DNA of 61,361 nt, from the NCBI GenBank assembly GCA_036279475.1, contig DASUJB010000063.1, positions 1 through 61,361 on the forward strand, given 5' to 3'. This stretch comes from Acidimicrobiales bacterium (GTDB lineage: Bacteria > Actinomycetota > Acidimicrobiia > Acidimicrobiales > VFJN01). Each line of letters begins with the position of its first letter. The first letter of the stretch is position 1. The position numbers and the translations under genes were made by a program. Below are positions 39,784 through 47,488 of the stretch, one piece after another. Under the pieces are notes generated by a model. That model saw nothing but the letters and a program-made list of their open reading frames with translations, did no database searches and was not told the DNA's origin.

Positions 39784-41331
39784 GTGACCGCTTCCCCGAC
39801 CGTCCGCACGGTGGCCGACGTGATGAGCTCGCCGGTGGTGACCGCGCCGCCCGACGACACCGTCGCCGCCGTGGCCGCCGTCATGCACGAGAGGGCCGTG
39901 GGCGCCGTGGTCGTCGTCGACGGCACCCGCCCCGTCGGCATCGTGACCGAGCGGGACCTCGTCCGCCTGGCGGCGGCCGGCCCCGCGTCGACCGACCTCA
40001 AGCTGGCCGAGCTCATGACCCCCGAGCCCGACTGCGTCGCCCCCGACCTGTCGGTGCAGGAGGCGTTCGCCGCCCTCTCCCACCACGGCTACCGCCACAT
40101 CCCGGTGGTCGACGGCGACGACCTCGTCGGCATCGTGTCCATGCGGGACCTCATGCGGGTGGCCCAGATCCAGCCCGTGGTGCACCCGGGCCAGATCGAG
40201 GCCCCGCCGGGGCTCGAGGGCGTCATCGTGGCCGAGACCCAGGTCGGCGACGTGCGGGGGGCGGAGGGCTTCTACCACTACCGGCAGTACTCGGCGGTGG
40301 AGCTGGCCGACAAGCGGTCGCTGGAGGACGTCTGGTTCCTGCTCTTCGAGGGCCACCTGCCCTCGGGCGACGAGGGGCGGGACTTCGCCGCCGAGGTGCG
40401 CTCGCTCCGCCCCGTCCCCGGGGCCGTGCGCGAGCTGCTCCCCGCCATCGCCGCCACGGGCGGACCCCTCATGGACCAGCTGCGCAGCGCCGTGTCCCTG
40501 ATCGGCCACGGTCGGCGCTTCCGCCCCTGGCTCGACATGTCCGCCGCTGAGCTGCGGGCCGACGCCCTGCAGGTGTGCGCGGCGGTGCCGACCCTCATCA
40601 TGGCGCTGCACCGCCTGGGTCGTGGCCAGGAGCCGGTCGAGCCCGACCCCGAGCTGGGCTACGGGGAGAACTACCTGTGGATGCTCACCGGCGAGCGTCC
40701 CGACCCCGACAAGGCCCGTGCCGTCGAGCAGTACCAGATCCTCACCATCGACCACGGGTTCAACGCGTCCACGTTCACGGCCCGGGTCATCACGTCGACG
40801 GGGGCCGACCTGGCCGGAGCGGTGACGGGCGCCATCGCCGCCCTGTCGGGCCCGTTGCACGGTGGCGCCCCGTCGCGGGCGCTCGACCTGCTGGACGCCA
40901 TCGGCACGCCCGACAACGCCCGTCCCTACCTCGTCGACGCCGTCGCCCACGGCGACAAGATCATGGGGTTCGGTCACCGCGTGTACAAGACGACCGATCC
41001 CCGGTCGGAGTTCCTGCGGGAGGTCGCCCAGCGCATCGGGGCCGAGAAGGTGGCGTTCGCCACCCAGGTGGAGCGGACGGTGGTGGACGTCCTCGCCGAG
41101 CTCAAGCCCGGTCGCAACCTGTACGCCAACGTCGAGTTCTACGCCGGCGTGGTCATGGAGGACGTGGGCCTGCCCCGGGACCTGTTCAGCCCCACCTTCG
41201 CGTCCAGCCGGGTCATCGGGTGGTGCGCCAACATCCTCGAGCAGGCGTCGGACAACCGCATCATCCGACCGTCGGCCCGGTACGTGGGCCCGCCGCCGCC
41301 CCAACCGGTGCCGCCGGCACCCGGCGCCTGA
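39784..41331 (+). CDS. CBS-pair domain fused to citrate synthase (short CitA / 2-methylcitrate synthase type)
   Basis: 515 aa. The N-terminal ~130 aa hold two CBS motifs (VMSSPVVTAP...GIVTERDL; MTPEPDCVAP...GIVSMRDL). The citrate synthase core follows (GLEGVIVAETQV, SGPLHGGA, GFGHRVYK). Confidence 0.8.
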   Translation: MTASPTVRTVADVMSSPVVTAPPDDTVAAVAAVMHERAVGAVVVVDGTRPVGIVTERDLVRLAAAGPASTDLKLAELMTPEPDCVAPDLSVQEAFAALSHHGYRHIPVVDGDDLVGIVSMRDLMRVAQIQPVVHPGQIEAPPGLEGVIVAETQVGDVRGAEGFYHYRQYSAVELADKRSLEDVWFLLFEGHLPSGDEGRDFAAEVRSLRPVPGAVRELLPAIAATGGPLMDQLRSAVSLIGHGRRFRPWLDMSAAELRADALQVCAAVPTLIMALHRLGRGQEPVEPDPELGYGENYLWMLTGERPDPDKARAVEQYQILTIDHGFNASTFTARVITSTGADLAGAVTGAIAALSGPLHGGAPSRALDLLDAIGTPDNARPYLVDAVAHGDKIMGFGHRVYKTTDPRSEFLREVAQRIGAEKVAFATQVERTVVDVLAELKPGRNLYANVEFYAGVVMEDVGLPRDLFSPTFASSRVIGWCANILEQASDNRIIRPSARYVGPPPPQPVPPAPGA

Positions 41332-41412
41332 TCCCGCCCCGCGGGAGGAGCGGGACGAGGCCGACGGGGTCGGGGCGTCGCCGGGCGGGGCCGAGCCGGC
41401 CAACCGCGTAGC

Positions 41413-41856
41413 GTGGGTGGCGTGAAGGTCGAGATCGCCACCACGCTCACGCCCGCCATCGTCGACGCCGCGGTGGCGCTGACCGCCCAGCTCTCGCCGG
41501 CGGCACCACCTCCCACGACCGAGGAGCTGGGGGAGATCGTCGAGTCGCCGTCCACCGACCTGTTCATCGCCCTCGACGAGGGCGGCGCCATCGTGGGCAT
41601 GGCGACGCTGGCCACCTTCCGCATCCCCACCGGCCGCCGGGCGTGGATCGAGGACGTCGTGGTGGACGAGTCGGCCCGGGGCCGGGGCGTGGGCACGGCG
41701 CTGACCGAGGCGATGCTGGCCCGAGCCGGTGAGCTCCGGGCTCGCACCGTCGACCTCACCTCACGTCCCACGCGCCAGGCGGCCAACGCCCTGTACCGGA
41801 AGGCGGGGTTCGTCCCCCGCGAGACGAACGTGTGGAGGTTCGATCTTCGGGCGTAG
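41413..41856 (+). CDS. GNAT family N-acetyltransferase
   Basis: 147 aa. VVVDESARGRGVGTALTEAML and ALYRKAGF. Start is GTG 41413 or GTG 41422. Confidence 0.8.
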   Translation: MGGVKVEIATTLTPAIVDAAVALTAQLSPAAPPPTTEELGEIVESPSTDLFIALDEGGAIVGMATLATFRIPTGRRAWIEDVVVDESARGRGVGTALTEAMLARAGELRARTVDLTSRPTRQAANALYRKAGFVPRETNVWRFDLRA

Positions 41857-41875
41857 CTCGGGCGACAAGCTCTGC
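41821..41875 (+). repeat. Direct repeat, left copy (3' end of the GNAT gene including its TAG stop)
   Basis: By my hand alignment, 49 of 55 nt match 42636-42690. Confidence 0.85.
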
Positions 41876-41945
41876 AAAGCCTCCGCCGACATCGGCGACA
41901 TCGGCTCGGGGCTGCGCGCAGGGTGGTTGCGGCCGGCCAGGCGAT

Positions 41946-41962
41946 GCTTGCATACTGTAAGC
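41946..41962 (+). promoter_or_regulatory. Inverted repeat abutting the vapB start (candidate autoregulatory operator)
   Basis: GCTTGCA-TAC-TGTAAGC (one mismatch) in a locally AT-richer patch immediately 5' of ATG 41963. Confidence 0.4.
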
Positions 41963-42193
41963 ATGCCGAACGTGTTGGTCCGTGACATCCCAGAGGAGGT
42001 GCATGCGGCGCTGCAGCGGCATGCGGAGCTGCGAGGGCAGTCCCTCCAGCAGTACCTGGCGACCGAGCTGTCCCGCCTCGCCGAGCGGCCGTCGGTGGAC
42101 GAGCTGTTCGTCCGGATCTCGAAGCGGCGTGGTGGACGGGTCGGCCTCGAAGCCGCTGTTGCCGATCTGGCCGACGAGCGGACGCGACGTTGA
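41963..42193 (+). CDS. vapB: Ribbon-helix-helix antitoxin (VapB / FitA-like)
   Basis: 76 aa. MPNVLVRDIPEEVHAALQRHAELRGQSLQQYL is an Arc/MetJ-type RHH N-terminus. Its stop overlaps the vapC start. Confidence 0.8.
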   Translation: MPNVLVRDIPEEVHAALQRHAELRGQSLQQYLATELSRLAERPSVDELFVRISKRRGGRVGLEAAVADLADERTRR

Positions 42194-42600
42194 TCGTCGT
42201 CGACGCGTCGGTGCTGGCCAACGCCATTGGTGACGACGAGACTGACGGCCGAGTCGCGCGAGACCGCCTCGCGCGCGAGGGTGACCTTTTCGCGCCGGAC
42301 CTGGTCGACGTTGAGACGGTCGCGGTCCTGCGGCGACGCTGGCTCGCAGGCGAGGTCACGGCGCGGCGGTTCTCGACTGCCATCGGCGATCTCGAGGACC
42401 TCGCGCTCTCGAGGTTTCCCACCCTTCCGCTGATGCGACGTGCCTACGAGCTCCGCGCCAACGTGACTGCATATGACGCGGCCTATGTCGCGCTGGCGGA
42501 GCAGCTCGACTGCCCTCTGGTCACTGCCGACGCTCGCCTGGCCGGCACTCCCGGACTGCGGTGCGCGGTCGACGTCATCACAGCGCAGGAAGCGAGGTAG
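42190..42600 (+). CDS. vapC: PIN-domain toxin VapC
   Basis: 136 aa. The TTG start overlaps the vapB TGA. Conserved acidic residues lie in IVVDASV, AYDAAYVALA and VTADARL. Confidence 0.8.
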   Translation: MIVVDASVLANAIGDDETDGRVARDRLAREGDLFAPDLVDVETVAVLRRRWLAGEVTARRFSTAIGDLEDLALSRFPTLPLMRRAYELRANVTAYDAAYVALAEQLDCPLVTADARLAGTPGLRCAVDVITAQEAR

Positions 42601-42635
42601 CCCGCCGCCTCGCCGTGTTTCGGAGAATTGGACGT

Positions 42636-42690
42636 GAGACGAACGTGTGGAGGTTCCAGCTCAGGGCGTAGCCCGGGCTACAAGCTCTGC
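42636..42690 (+). repeat. Direct repeat, right copy (orphan GNAT 3'-end fragment ...RETNVWRFQLRA*)
   Basis: Translates in frame to RETNVWRFQLRA-stop, against RETNVWRFDLRA-stop at the end of the intact GNAT gene. No GNAT body lies upstream. Confidence 0.85.
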
Positions 42691-43007
42691 GCCACCCGCG
42701 AGCGACTTCGGCGGCACGGTCGGCGTGGTCGGTGGTCCTCTTCACCGACGACGCCCAGAGGCCTCGGCCGGGCGTGTGGCGGGGTCGACGAGCCGGTGAC
42801 GAGGGAGAGGTAGGGCACGCCCGGCAGGCGACGCTGCGCTCGGCCCAACCGGGTGGGGGAGCGCGGCGTGCATCATGTGACCGGTGCCATGGTCTGGGGC
42901 CAGCCCGCGGGGATGTCCGAGCCGGCGAGCTCGAGGACCGCGAAGCGGCTCCCGCCAGATCGCAGCGGCCCCTGTCACGATCCGAGGGGCTGCATCGTCG
43001 ACCCACC

Positions 43008-44036
43008 ATGACGACGACATCGGATGTGATCGTGGTGGGCGCGGGCCTGGCCGGCCAGACCGCGGGCGCGACGGCGGCCGCGGGCGGCGCCCGCACCTCG
43101 GTGCTGGAGACGGCCAGGCCAGGAGGCCGCGCCCGCACGGCCGAGCGGGCCGGGGCCGTGCTCAACCACGGGCCCCACGCCCTCTACCGCGGCGGCGAGG
43201 CGTTGCCGATCCTGCGCCGCCTGGGCGTGGCGCCGCGCGGCGTCAAGCCGCCGCTGTCGAGGTATTGGCTCCGCCTCGGCGGCCAGCCGCACCAGATGCC
43301 GTCGGGCTTGCCGTCGCTGCTGGCCACCGGGGCGCTGGGCGTGCGCAGCAAGGCCCAGCTCTCGAAGGTGCTGGGCTCGTTGCCCCTCACCGACCCGACC
43401 TCGGTGGCCGGCGTGTCGGTGGACGACTGGGTGGCCGGCAAGGACCTTCGGCCCGATGCCGAGCAGGTGCTCCGGGCCCTCGTGCCGATCGGCACCTATG
43501 CCGACGACACCTCGACGATGAGCGCCGATGCCGCGGTCCTGCAGCTCCGGCGAGACCACCGCGGCGCGAGCGGTGGTCGTCGCCGCCGGCGAGCCGGCGG
43601 CGGCCGCCGGGCTGCTCGGCACCTCCGGCTGGGGAGACCTGGGTGGTCCGGTCACCGCGGCGTGCCTCGATCTCGTCGTCCGCAGGCGGCCGACGCCCGG
43701 CTACGTCCTCAGCGGCGACGAGCCCCTCTACGCCTCACGCAGTCGCCCCCGGCCCGCCAGGCTCCCGACGGGGTGCGGCGTGGTCGCGGTGATCCGCTAC
43801 GGGGCGACCTCGGCCGCCGAGGATCGGCCCCTCCTCGAGGGGGTGGGCCCGGTTGGCGGGCGTCACCGACGACGACGTGGTCGAGCGCCGCTTCCCCGCC
43901 CGGCTCTCGGTGGCGGCCACGGCATCCCTGGCCCGCCTCGGCGGGCTGCAGGTCAGGCCCTCGGTCGAGGCCGCCGGGATCCCGGGAGCGTTCCTCACCG
44001 GAGACTGGGTGGGGGCGGAGGGGATGCTCGCCGACG
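43008..44036 (+). pseudogene. FAD/NAD(P)-binding oxidoreductase (phytoene-desaturase-like), multiply frameshifted and internally deleted
   Basis: An intact N-terminus (MTTTSDVIVVGAGLAGQ...) reads in one frame to about 43545. Homologous-looking segments continue in a second frame (ARAVVVAAGEP..., VVAVIRYGA) and a third (VTDDDVVERRF...FLTGDWVGAEGMLADA). At least 3 frame changes are needed. Confidence 0.7.
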
Positions 44037-44826
44037 CCGAGGACGTGGTCCAGGAGGCCTGGTTGCGATGGAGCCGGGTCGACCGGGCGTCGGTGCGGTC
44101 ACCCGACGCGTGGCTCACCACCGCCACCACCCGCCTGGCCTCGACCGGCCTCACTTCGGCGACGCGCCGGCGGGAGATCTACCCGGGACCGTGGCTGCCC
44201 GAGCCCGTGATCACGGCACGAGGGCCGGACGACTCCGCCGAGCTCGCCGACTCCCTGACGCTCGGATGCCTCACCCTCCTCGACCGGCTCGGACCGGTCG
44301 AGCGGGCCGTCTTCCTGCTGTCGGACGTGTTCGGCGTGCCGTTCGTCGACGTCGCCGCGGCGGTCGGCAAGAGCGAGGTGGCCTGCCGCCAGATCGCCAG
44401 CCGCAGCCGGCGGCGGCTGCAGGGGGCGCACTGGCGTCGGCCGACCGCGTCGGAGCGCAGCCTGGTCGACGAGGCCATCGTGGCCATGGCCCTGGGCGAC
44501 GTGGACGGCCTGCTCACCGCCTCAGGCCCGAGGTCGTGTGCCTCACCGACGGTGGCCCCACCCGCCGTGCGGCCCGGCGCCCCGTGGTCGGTTCGGCCAA
44601 GGTGGCCCGCTTCCTCGTCAACGTCACCAGGAAGGTCTACGGGACGGCGACCGCCCGGCCGGTCACCGTCAACGGCGACCCTGGTGCCGTGGTGTCCCTC
44701 GACGGCGCCATCGACAGCGTCATCGCCTGCGAGGTCGATCCGGAAGGCCATCGGGTGTCGGCCATCTGGGTCGTCTGCGCCCCGGAGAAGCTCGACCTGG
44801 TGCTGGACCCTCCTCGCGTCCGCTGA
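44037..44826 (+). pseudogene. sigJ: ECF sigma factor SigJ-like, 5'-truncated and frameshifted; fused in frame to the oxidoreductase remnant
   Basis: EDVVQEAWLRWS...PDAWLTTATTRL...YPGPWLPEPV...VPFVDVAAAVGKSEVACRQIASRSRRRL parallels M. tuberculosis SigJ from about residue 27 onward. A 1-nt frame change near 44520 is followed by the SnoaL-like C-terminus in another frame, ending at 44826. Confidence 0.7.
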
Positions 44827-45001
44827 CGCTCCGCGCCCCGGGGGCGCAGGTGCCATGGCCGCCGACCTCGATGGCGGCGGAGGTCCGCACGGGTCGTCGG
44901 CGGCCTCGACGAGGGGGACCGGTGGCACCGTCGGAACGTTCCTGCTCACCTGCCCCGCCAAACGGGGCGACACCGGCGTCTGGAGGTTCGAGCCGAGCCG
45001 C

Positions 45002-45024
45002 CAACAACCATGAGCATGGTGTTG
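45002..45024 (+). promoter_or_regulatory. Imperfect palindrome overlapping the hsp20 -35 element (operator candidate)
   Basis: CAACAACCATG-AG-CATGGTGTTG has 10 paired positions and one bulge. Confidence 0.35.
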
Positions 45025-45050
45025 TCAACTTTCCTGCATCGGTCCATAAT
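45022..45050 (+). promoter_or_regulatory. Sigma-70-type promoter candidate for hsp20
   Basis: TTGTCA-N17-CATAAT in a conspicuous AT-rich patch 58 nt upstream of ATG 45108. A strong SD (gaaggagg) precedes the start. Confidence 0.55.
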
Positions 45051-45107
45051 GACCCCAGCGGGAGATCTCGGACCCGCCAGAGCGAAACCCCGAAGGAGGT
45101 GCGGTCC

Positions 45108-45548
45108 ATGTTGATGCGAACCGACCCGTTCCGCGAGCTCGACCGCTTCACCCAGCAGGTCCTCGGCACGTGGTCGCAGCCCGTCGCCATGCCGATGGAC
45201 GCCTACAGGGAAGGCGACCGCTTCGTCATCCACTTCGACCTGCCGGGCGTGGAGCCCTCGTCGGTCGACCTCACGGTCGAGCAGAACGTGCTCTCCGTGA
45301 CCGCCGAGCGGCAGTGGCAGCCGAAGGAGGACCAGCAGGTGGTGGCGTCCGAGCGCCCGCAGGGCACCTTCCGCCGCCAGCTCCTCCTCGGGGACGACCT
45401 CGACCTCGACCGGGTCGAGGCCAGCTACGAGGCGGGGGTCCTCACCGTGACGATCCCGGTCTCCGAGGATGCGAAGCCCCGCAAGGTCGAGGTCTCGACC
45501 GGCGGTGGCAGTGCCACGGCGCTCCGGGCTGGCTCGACTCAGGGCTGA
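45108..45548 (+). CDS. Hsp20/alpha-crystallin family small heat-shock protein
   Basis: 146 aa. MDAYREGDRFVIHFDLPGV...GVLTVTIPV alpha-crystallin domain. Confidence 0.85.
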   Translation: MLMRTDPFRELDRFTQQVLGTWSQPVAMPMDAYREGDRFVIHFDLPGVEPSSVDLTVEQNVLSVTAERQWQPKEDQQVVASERPQGTFRRQLLLGDDLDLDRVEASYEAGVLTVTIPVSEDAKPRKVEVSTGGGSATALRAGSTQG

Positions 45549-45637
45549 GCCAGCCCCCGGCGCACCCGGCGAGAGCCCGTCGCCGGGCCGCGGGCACGTC
45601 CCGACAACCCGCTGCGAACGGAGGAAGCGAGGTTCCC

Positions 45638-46093
45638 ATGGCACTGCCCATCCGCCACACCGCCGACGATCGTGCCGAGGTGGACCGCTGGGATCCCTTC
45701 GACGAGCTGGAGCGCCTCAACCGCCAGCTCGCCAGCTACCTGGGCTCCTGGCCTCCGCTGGCCGGACCTGGCGGCGGCTTCCGGCCGCTGGCCGACGTCG
45801 AGGAGGCCGATGACGCCTACGTCGTCGAGGTCGAGCTGCCCGGCGTGAAGCGGGACGACGTCGACATCCAGGTCACCGGCCGCCGCGTCACCGTGCACGG
45901 CGAGCGCAAGGAGAAGGAGCGAGCCGGAATCCTGCGACGGCGGGAGCGCACCGTGGGCCGCTTCGACTACGAGTTGACCCTGCCCGGTGAGATCGACGAG
46001 GAGGGCGTCGAGGCCGACCTCGACGAAGGGGTGCTGACCCTCAGGTTGCCCAAGCCGGCGCACGACCGGCCCCGCCGCATCCCCATCCGGTGA
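45638..46093 (+). CDS. Hsp20/alpha-crystallin family small heat-shock protein (second copy)
   Basis: 151 aa. ADVEEADDAYVVEVELPGV...GVLTLRLPK. Confidence 0.85.
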   Translation: MALPIRHTADDRAEVDRWDPFDELERLNRQLASYLGSWPPLAGPGGGFRPLADVEEADDAYVVEVELPGVKRDDVDIQVTGRRVTVHGERKEKERAGILRRRERTVGRFDYELTLPGEIDEEGVEADLDEGVLTLRLPKPAHDRPRRIPIR

Positions 46094-46229
46094 CGGGCCG
46101 GGGGTCGGCGGTGAGGTGGCCGGCGGGTCCGGTCGTGGCCCGGGCCCGTCGCCCGCCCCCTCCCTGCCCCCGGGGGCGCGCCGGCGCCGCGCGAGCCGCT
46201 GCGCCGGCTCCGTGGAGAACACTGGGGGC

Positions 46230-46587
46230 GTGCTCGTCCACCTCATCGCCGACTACGGATTCGGGGACCTGGCCTTCGCCGAGGTCGTCCAGCGCCTGTC
46301 GTCCCTGGTGCCGACGGCTACGGGAACCTCAAGACGACCTGGCACCACGCCCCGGTGCCGCCGGGCGGGCGGGTGCGGGTCACGATCGGGGACGCCGACG
46401 CCGTGGCCACCGTGGGCGACGGCACCTTCGCCGTGCCCCACGGGGAGATGTCCTTCGCCCCGGCAGCAGTGGCTGGGACGCCGGCCACGGTCACCTGCCC
46501 TTCTACGAGCTGCTGCTACGTGGGAGCGCGGCCCGGAGCCTGGGCTCACCGGCCGCCGGCGCCGCCGTCGACGTCGTCCCGCTGTGA
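46230..46587 (+). pseudogene. Remnant of a SAM hydroxide adenosyltransferase (DUF62)-like gene, frameshifted and N-domain-deleted
   Basis: Three frames carry consecutive family-like pieces. These are VLVHLIADYGFGDLAFAEVV, then DGYGNLKTTW...VRVTIGDADAVATVGDGTFAVPHGEMSF, then PGSSGW...YELLLRGSAARSLG...VDVVPL. Family assignment is from memory and tentative. Confidence 0.35.
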
Positions 46588-47367
46588 CGCGGGGGCGGCC
46601 GAGGCGACACGGGGCCACAGCTCGAGCTCGGCCACCACGGGTCGGTGGTCGGAGGCCACCGTGGCGACCACCTCGACGGCGACCGGCCTGACCGGGCCCC
46701 CGGCCAGCACGTAGTCGATGCGGGCGGCGGGCCGCCCCGACCGGAAGGTGGGCCCGTCACCTCGCCCCACGGCCGTCCAGGCGTCGACGAGGGTCTGCGT
46801 CAGCACGCGGAGCTCGGGGCTGTCGGGTCGGGCGTTGAGGTCGCCGAGCAGGATGGTCGGTGGCGGGAGCGGACCGACCGGGCCCGGGCCGTCGCCTGCC
46901 AGCAGCGCGGCCAGGTGCGTGGCCTGGGCCCGGCGGGCGCCCCCGTCGCGGTTCTCGAGGTGGGTGACGGCACAGCGGACGTCACCCCCCGTGGCCGCGA
47001 CCACGGCGTCGACGACCCCGCGGGGCTCGTGACCGCCTCCCGGCAGGCGCCGTGCCGCCCAGCCTCGCACCGGCAGCGCCGTCAGCAGCGCGTTGCCGTA
47101 GCGGCGGCGAGGGGCGGCGGGACCGGACCCCGGGAGCGCGGGCCGGTCGACGGTGGCGCCGTGCAGCACCTGCAGGCCCAGCCGGCGCCCGAGCCACGCC
47201 GCCTGGTCGACCCACCCGCTGCGGGCCGACATCGTGCGGTCGACCTCCTGCAGGCCCACGAGGTCCGCACCCGTGGCCGTGATGACCTCGGCCGTCCGCC
47301 CCAGGTCCAGGCGCCCGTCGAGGCCGACCCCGTGGTGGATGTTGAAGGTCGCCACCCGGAGCCGCAC
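46546..47367 (-). CDS. Endonuclease/exonuclease/phosphatase (EEP) family protein
   Basis: 273 aa. VATFNIHHG, LQEVD, LLGDLNA, ASDHRPV motifs. Confidence 0.8.
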   Translation of the reverse strand: MRLRVATFNIHHGVGLDGRLDLGRTAEVITATGADLVGLQEVDRTMSARSGWVDQAAWLGRRLGLQVLHGATVDRPALPGSGPAAPRRRYGNALLTALPVRGWAARRLPGGGHEPRGVVDAVVAATGGDVRCAVTHLENRDGGARRAQATHLAALLAGDGPGPVGPLPPPTILLGDLNARPDSPELRVLTQTLVDAWTAVGRGDGPTFRSGRPAARIDYVLAGGPVRPVAVEVVATVASDHRPVVAELELWPRVASAAPASQRDDVDGGAGGR

Positions 47368-47488
47368 CGCTCCTGTCTACCCGGCTCCCGCCGGGGGGGT
47401 GGCGCATGGGACGGGGGGCGCCGGGTAGGTTCTCCGGGACCACCAGCCGGCCCGTCCCCCTCCCGGGACGCCGGAGAGGGGGACGGCC

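Noticed and set aside
42601-43007. Possible small gene or ncRNA between vapC and the oxidoreductase pseudogene (ORFs 42628..42813 plus strand and 42742..43020 minus strand).
   Set aside because: The translations are Arg/Gly/Pro-rich with no motifs. The only coding-like piece is the orphan GNAT 3' fragment, already explained by the direct repeat.
47368-47488. ECF-type promoter (GGGAC-N16-GTT) upstream of egtB.
   Set aside because: The match is loose in G-rich sequence, where such patterns arise by chance. There is no supporting conservation or -10 extension to examine.
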